This document shows, piece by piece, positions 7,948-10,126 of a stretch of DNA of 10,126 nt. Within the stretch, counting starts at the first letter, position 1. Each line of letters begins with the position of its first letter. The position numbers were made by a program, and so were the translations under genes. The notes beneath the pieces are model-generated. The model was given only the letters and a program-made list of their open reading frames with translations. It had not been told where the DNA came from and ran no database searches. The DNA lies in assembly GCA_045805065.1 (NCBI GenBank), contig JBJMMA010000128.1, positions 1-10,126 of the forward strand. Direction: 5' to 3'. This DNA comes from Bdellovibrionia bacterium (lineage in GTDB: Bacteria; Bdellovibrionota; UBA1018).

Positions 7948-8614
7948 CGAAGTACCCTACGTTCTTTAGGTTTTTAAGCTTAATGGAGGATCCGCAAGCT
8001 TCAAGCCTGCGCCGAAGGTGCGTAAGAGTCGCTTCAACCACGTTGGATTCGATTGAAGCAGCATCCCCCCACACTACCGCAAGCAAGTCATCACGTCTGA
8101 GCACGCGCCCGGGCTCTTTCGTCAAAAGCTTGAGGAGCGCAAACTCCTTTTGAGGAAGCGCCTCCTCTTTGCCAGCGACTTGAATCGAATAGCGCTCGAG
8201 ATCGAGAACAGTGTTTCCAATCGTGCGATATTTCTCAGACGGCGCCTTGGCTCGTCGGGTGAGCGCCCGCACGCGAGCAATGAACTCCTGATTCAAAAAG
8301 GGCTTGCCGATGTAATCATCAACTCCCATATTCAAAAGCTCCGCGCGCTCAAGCGGCGTATTGATCGCGGAGAGAATCATGATCTGAGCATCAGGCCATT
8401 TCGAGCGAATCTCTCTGAGTTGATCCTTGGTATCGACTCGTCCCAGAAGCCGATCCAGAATGATCAGCGAAAACTGGTCTTTTTTGCCCAGAAGCGCTTC
8501 ACTGAGAGCCAGAGCGGAGTCCAACACATGGGTTCTCCAGCCTTCTTCCTGGAGAAGTTTGGCGACATGCTCGGCAATTTTTTCATCGTCTTCGACAATC
8601 AGGGCCTTTTGCAT
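7937..8614 (-). CDS. OmpR/PhoB-family DNA-binding response regulator
   Basis: Receiver motifs LIVEDD, phospho-Asp IILDR, ILSA and DDYIGKPF; winged helix KEFALLKLL, VWG, SNVVEATLTHLRRRL and VGY. ATG 8614 is preferred (GAGTGA 7 nt upstream); TTG 8629 is the alternative. Confidence 0.95.
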   Translation of the reverse strand: MQKALIVEDDEKIAEHVAKLLQEEGWRTHVLDSALALSEALLGKKDQFSLIILDRLLGRVDTKDQLREIRSKWPDAQIMILSAINTPLERAELLNMGVDDYIGKPFLNQEFIARVRALTRRAKAPSEKYRTIGNTVLDLERYSIQVAGKEEALPQKEFALLKLLTKEPGRVLRRDDLLAVVWGDAASIESNVVEATLTHLRRRLEACGSSIKLKNLKNVGYFVET

Positions 8615-8618
8615 CCTA

Positions 8619-8629
8619 AAGTCACTCAA
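8619..8629. repeat. 11-bp direct repeat AAGTCACTCAA, copy 2 (immediately upstream of the response regulator ATG)
   Basis: Exact match to 6580-6590. Confidence 0.85.
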
Positions 8630-8649
8630 GATTAAAAATTTTTTATCTT
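8628..8649. promoter_or_regulatory. 22-bp near-perfect AT-rich palindrome, candidate operator in a divergent promoter
   Basis: AAGATTAAAAATTTTTTATCTT has 10 of 11 arm positions complementary (single T/T mismatch at 8633/8644). It lies in the 76-bp gap between the regulator and synthase starts. Confidence 0.5.
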
Positions 8650-8690
8650 CGCTTCATTCTGAGAAGCAGCGGGCTTCGTACTCTTAATGG

Positions 8691-9953
8691 ATGAGAGAAT
8701 ACCTTGAGATCGCGGCTTGGCTAGAGCGAAATCCACATATTGCTCACGAAAGCCCCTTAGTTCAATCGCTTCCATCTCCTTCATTCAAAGCGGAAGGCCG
8801 TGAGATCGTCTCCTTCAGCACGAACAATTACCTCGCTTTGGCAACCAGTCCGCGCTTGATCGCGGCCGCCCGCTTTGGGCTCGAGAAATTCGGGGTTGGA
8901 AACTGCGAGTCCCGACTTTTGGGCGGAGATCTTGAGATCTATCGTACGGTCGAAAGCAAATTGGCAAAGATGAAGCGCAAGGACAGCTCCATTCTCTATG
9001 CCACGGGCTTTCTCACTAATCTGGGTGCACTCGCGGCGCTGGTCCGCTCACCGCAAATCTGCCGCGTATACGGCTTCAGGCCCTCCAGCCGCACCAAGTA
9101 CGCTTACTTCTCAGATGAACTCAATCATGTCAGCATTCGCGAAGGCATTCGCATGTCTGAAGCCGAGCGCTTCACCTATCGCCATCTGGATATGGATCAT
9201 CTGGAGAATAGCCTCAAGCGCTCGGACGCTCACTGCAAGATCATCGTAACGGATGGTGTCTTCAGCCAGGATGGCGACATCGCGCCTCTTCCTGAAATGA
9301 TGGCGCTTGCCGAAAAATATGATGCCTTCGTATATGTCGATGATGCTCACGGCACCGGCGTTCTTGGAAAGAACGGCGGAGGCATTTCTGAGCACTTCAA
9401 TTGCTATCATGAGCGCCTCATTCACATGGGCACTCTGAGTAAGGCTTATGGCGCAATCGGTGGCTTCGTTGCCGCCGATCATTACATTTGCGAAATCATG
9501 CGCCAGACGTCATCGGCCTATGGCTTTACATCCACTCTTCCGCCGGATCAGGCTTATGCCGTTTCTGAAGCCATCGACATGGTGACTGATGAGCCAGAGC
9601 GCAGGGCAAGTCTCTGGTCCAATCAGCGTCTTTTTGCTCGCCTCATCCAAGAAGCGGGCTTTGAGGTCGTCTCAACTGAAACGCCGATCATTCCGGTCAT
9701 TGTTGGCGATGAAACGGTCTGTGATAACTTCTCACGTTTTCTTTTTGAGAAGGGCTATCACGTGGATCCAGTGAAGTTCCCAGCTGTTGCCAAGGGCAAA
9801 TCGAGACTTCGCGTGATCCTCAATGCGCACCATCGCGAAGAACAGATCCGGGGCCTGGTTGCAGCCATGACCGAATACGTTCAGAAGCATGGCTATCGAG
9901 CCGCCCAACACTCAAGCACTGAGCAAGAGCGGCTCACAGCTGCATCGGTTTAA
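8691..9953 (+). CDS. PLP-dependent alpha-oxoamine synthase (BioF/Kbl/SPT/CqsA family, aminotransferase class II), substrate unknown
   Basis: FSTNNYLAL, SRLLGG, TGFLTN, SDELNH(146), TDGVFSxDGD, VDDAH(220), GTLSK(251, PLP lysine), TPIIPV, FPAV and SRLRV. No bio genes are in the window, so bioF is not assigned. Confidence 0.9.
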   Translation: MREYLEIAAWLERNPHIAHESPLVQSLPSPSFKAEGREIVSFSTNNYLALATSPRLIAAARFGLEKFGVGNCESRLLGGDLEIYRTVESKLAKMKRKDSSILYATGFLTNLGALAALVRSPQICRVYGFRPSSRTKYAYFSDELNHVSIREGIRMSEAERFTYRHLDMDHLENSLKRSDAHCKIIVTDGVFSQDGDIAPLPEMMALAEKYDAFVYVDDAHGTGVLGKNGGGISEHFNCYHERLIHMGTLSKAYGAIGGFVAADHYICEIMRQTSSAYGFTSTLPPDQAYAVSEAIDMVTDEPERRASLWSNQRLFARLIQEAGFEVVSTETPIIPVIVGDETVCDNFSRFLFEKGYHVDPVKFPAVAKGKSRLRVILNAHHREEQIRGLVAAMTEYVQKHGYRAAQHSSTEQERLTAASV

Positions 9954-10126
9954 GAAACGATTTCTTCGAGCGTACGAGACTCGATGAGCTTCTCAAGATA
10001 GATGAGGTCTTCGTGGTACGAGCGATCCACATCCGCCTTAGGAACTTTCTTGCGAATTGTGTGATGAAGCTTCTCAATTGTCTTTGAGCTTCTCAGCGGG
10101 CGCAGGAACTCAATGCCTTGAGCGCC
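9950..10126 (-). CDS. hutH: Histidine ammonia-lyase, C-terminal 58 aa only (gene starts beyond the right edge)
   Basis: Hand translation from 10126 gives GAQGIEFLRPLRSSKTIEKLHHTIRKKVPKADVDRSYHEDLIYLEKLIESRTLEEIVS*. This fits the HAL C-terminal pattern AQGxxFxxPLxSS...IRxxVP...DR...D, and it is on the same strand as hutU and hutI. Confidence 0.85.
   Translation of the reverse strand, partial: GAQGIEFLRPLRSSKTIEKLHHTIRKKVPKADVDRSYHEDLIYLEKLIESRTLEEIVS

Noticed and set aside
6580..8629. Calling the repeat-flanked two-component pair an IS or transposon
   Set aside because: No transposase, integrase or terminal inverted repeats were seen; it is reported only as a repeat-flanked segment.
8651..8677. 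Alternative hairpins GCTTC/GAAGC/GCTTC upstream of the synthase, suggesting an RNA switch
   Set aside because: The stems are only 5 bp, the region is too short for a known riboswitch, and chance occurrence is likely.
7011..8687. Short ORFs overlapping the kinase and regulator (e.g. 7198-7545, 7606-7977, 8150-8635, 8427-8687)
   Set aside because: Antisense or off-frame shadows of well-supported genes.
8691..9953. Assigning bioF, kbl, spt or cqsA to the synthase
   Set aside because: GTLSKA is shared by several subfamilies, other pocket motifs fit none cleanly, and no pathway partner genes are adjacent.
1..10126. tRNA, rRNA, CRISPR array or tandem repeat array
   Set aside because: None seen; the window is almost fully coding and the largest intergenic gap is 156 bp.

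Overview
Gene-dense bacterial chromosomal window with moderate GC. A Bdellovibrionota/Oligoflexia-like origin is plausible from gene style, but this is inference only. The left half holds a partial secreted protein (-), then a + strand run of rlmE, a stand-alone RibD_C/DHFR-fold reductase, a TlpA-family thioredoxin, an Aur1/IPC-synthase-like PAP2 membrane enzyme and a small lipoprotein. A lone Flp/TadE-like prepilin sits on the opposite strand inside this run. The right half is a histidine-utilisation cluster on the - strand: the 3' end of hutH (not in the ORF track, translated by hand), then hutU and hutI. About 3.4 kb separates hutH from hutU. It carries an OmpR-family response regulator, a sensor kinase and, transcribed divergently, an atypical PLP-dependent alpha-oxoamine synthase (BioF/Kbl/SPT/CqsA family). 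The two-component pair is bracketed by an exact 11-bp direct repeat, and the synthase by a short imperfect inverted repeat. Their shared intergenic region contains a 22-bp near-perfect palindrome. The best candidate for an undescribed system is this synthase plus two-component module inside the hut cluster, possibly a signal-synthesis and sensing unit analogous to CqsA/LqsA systems. This is a hypothesis; no searches were run.
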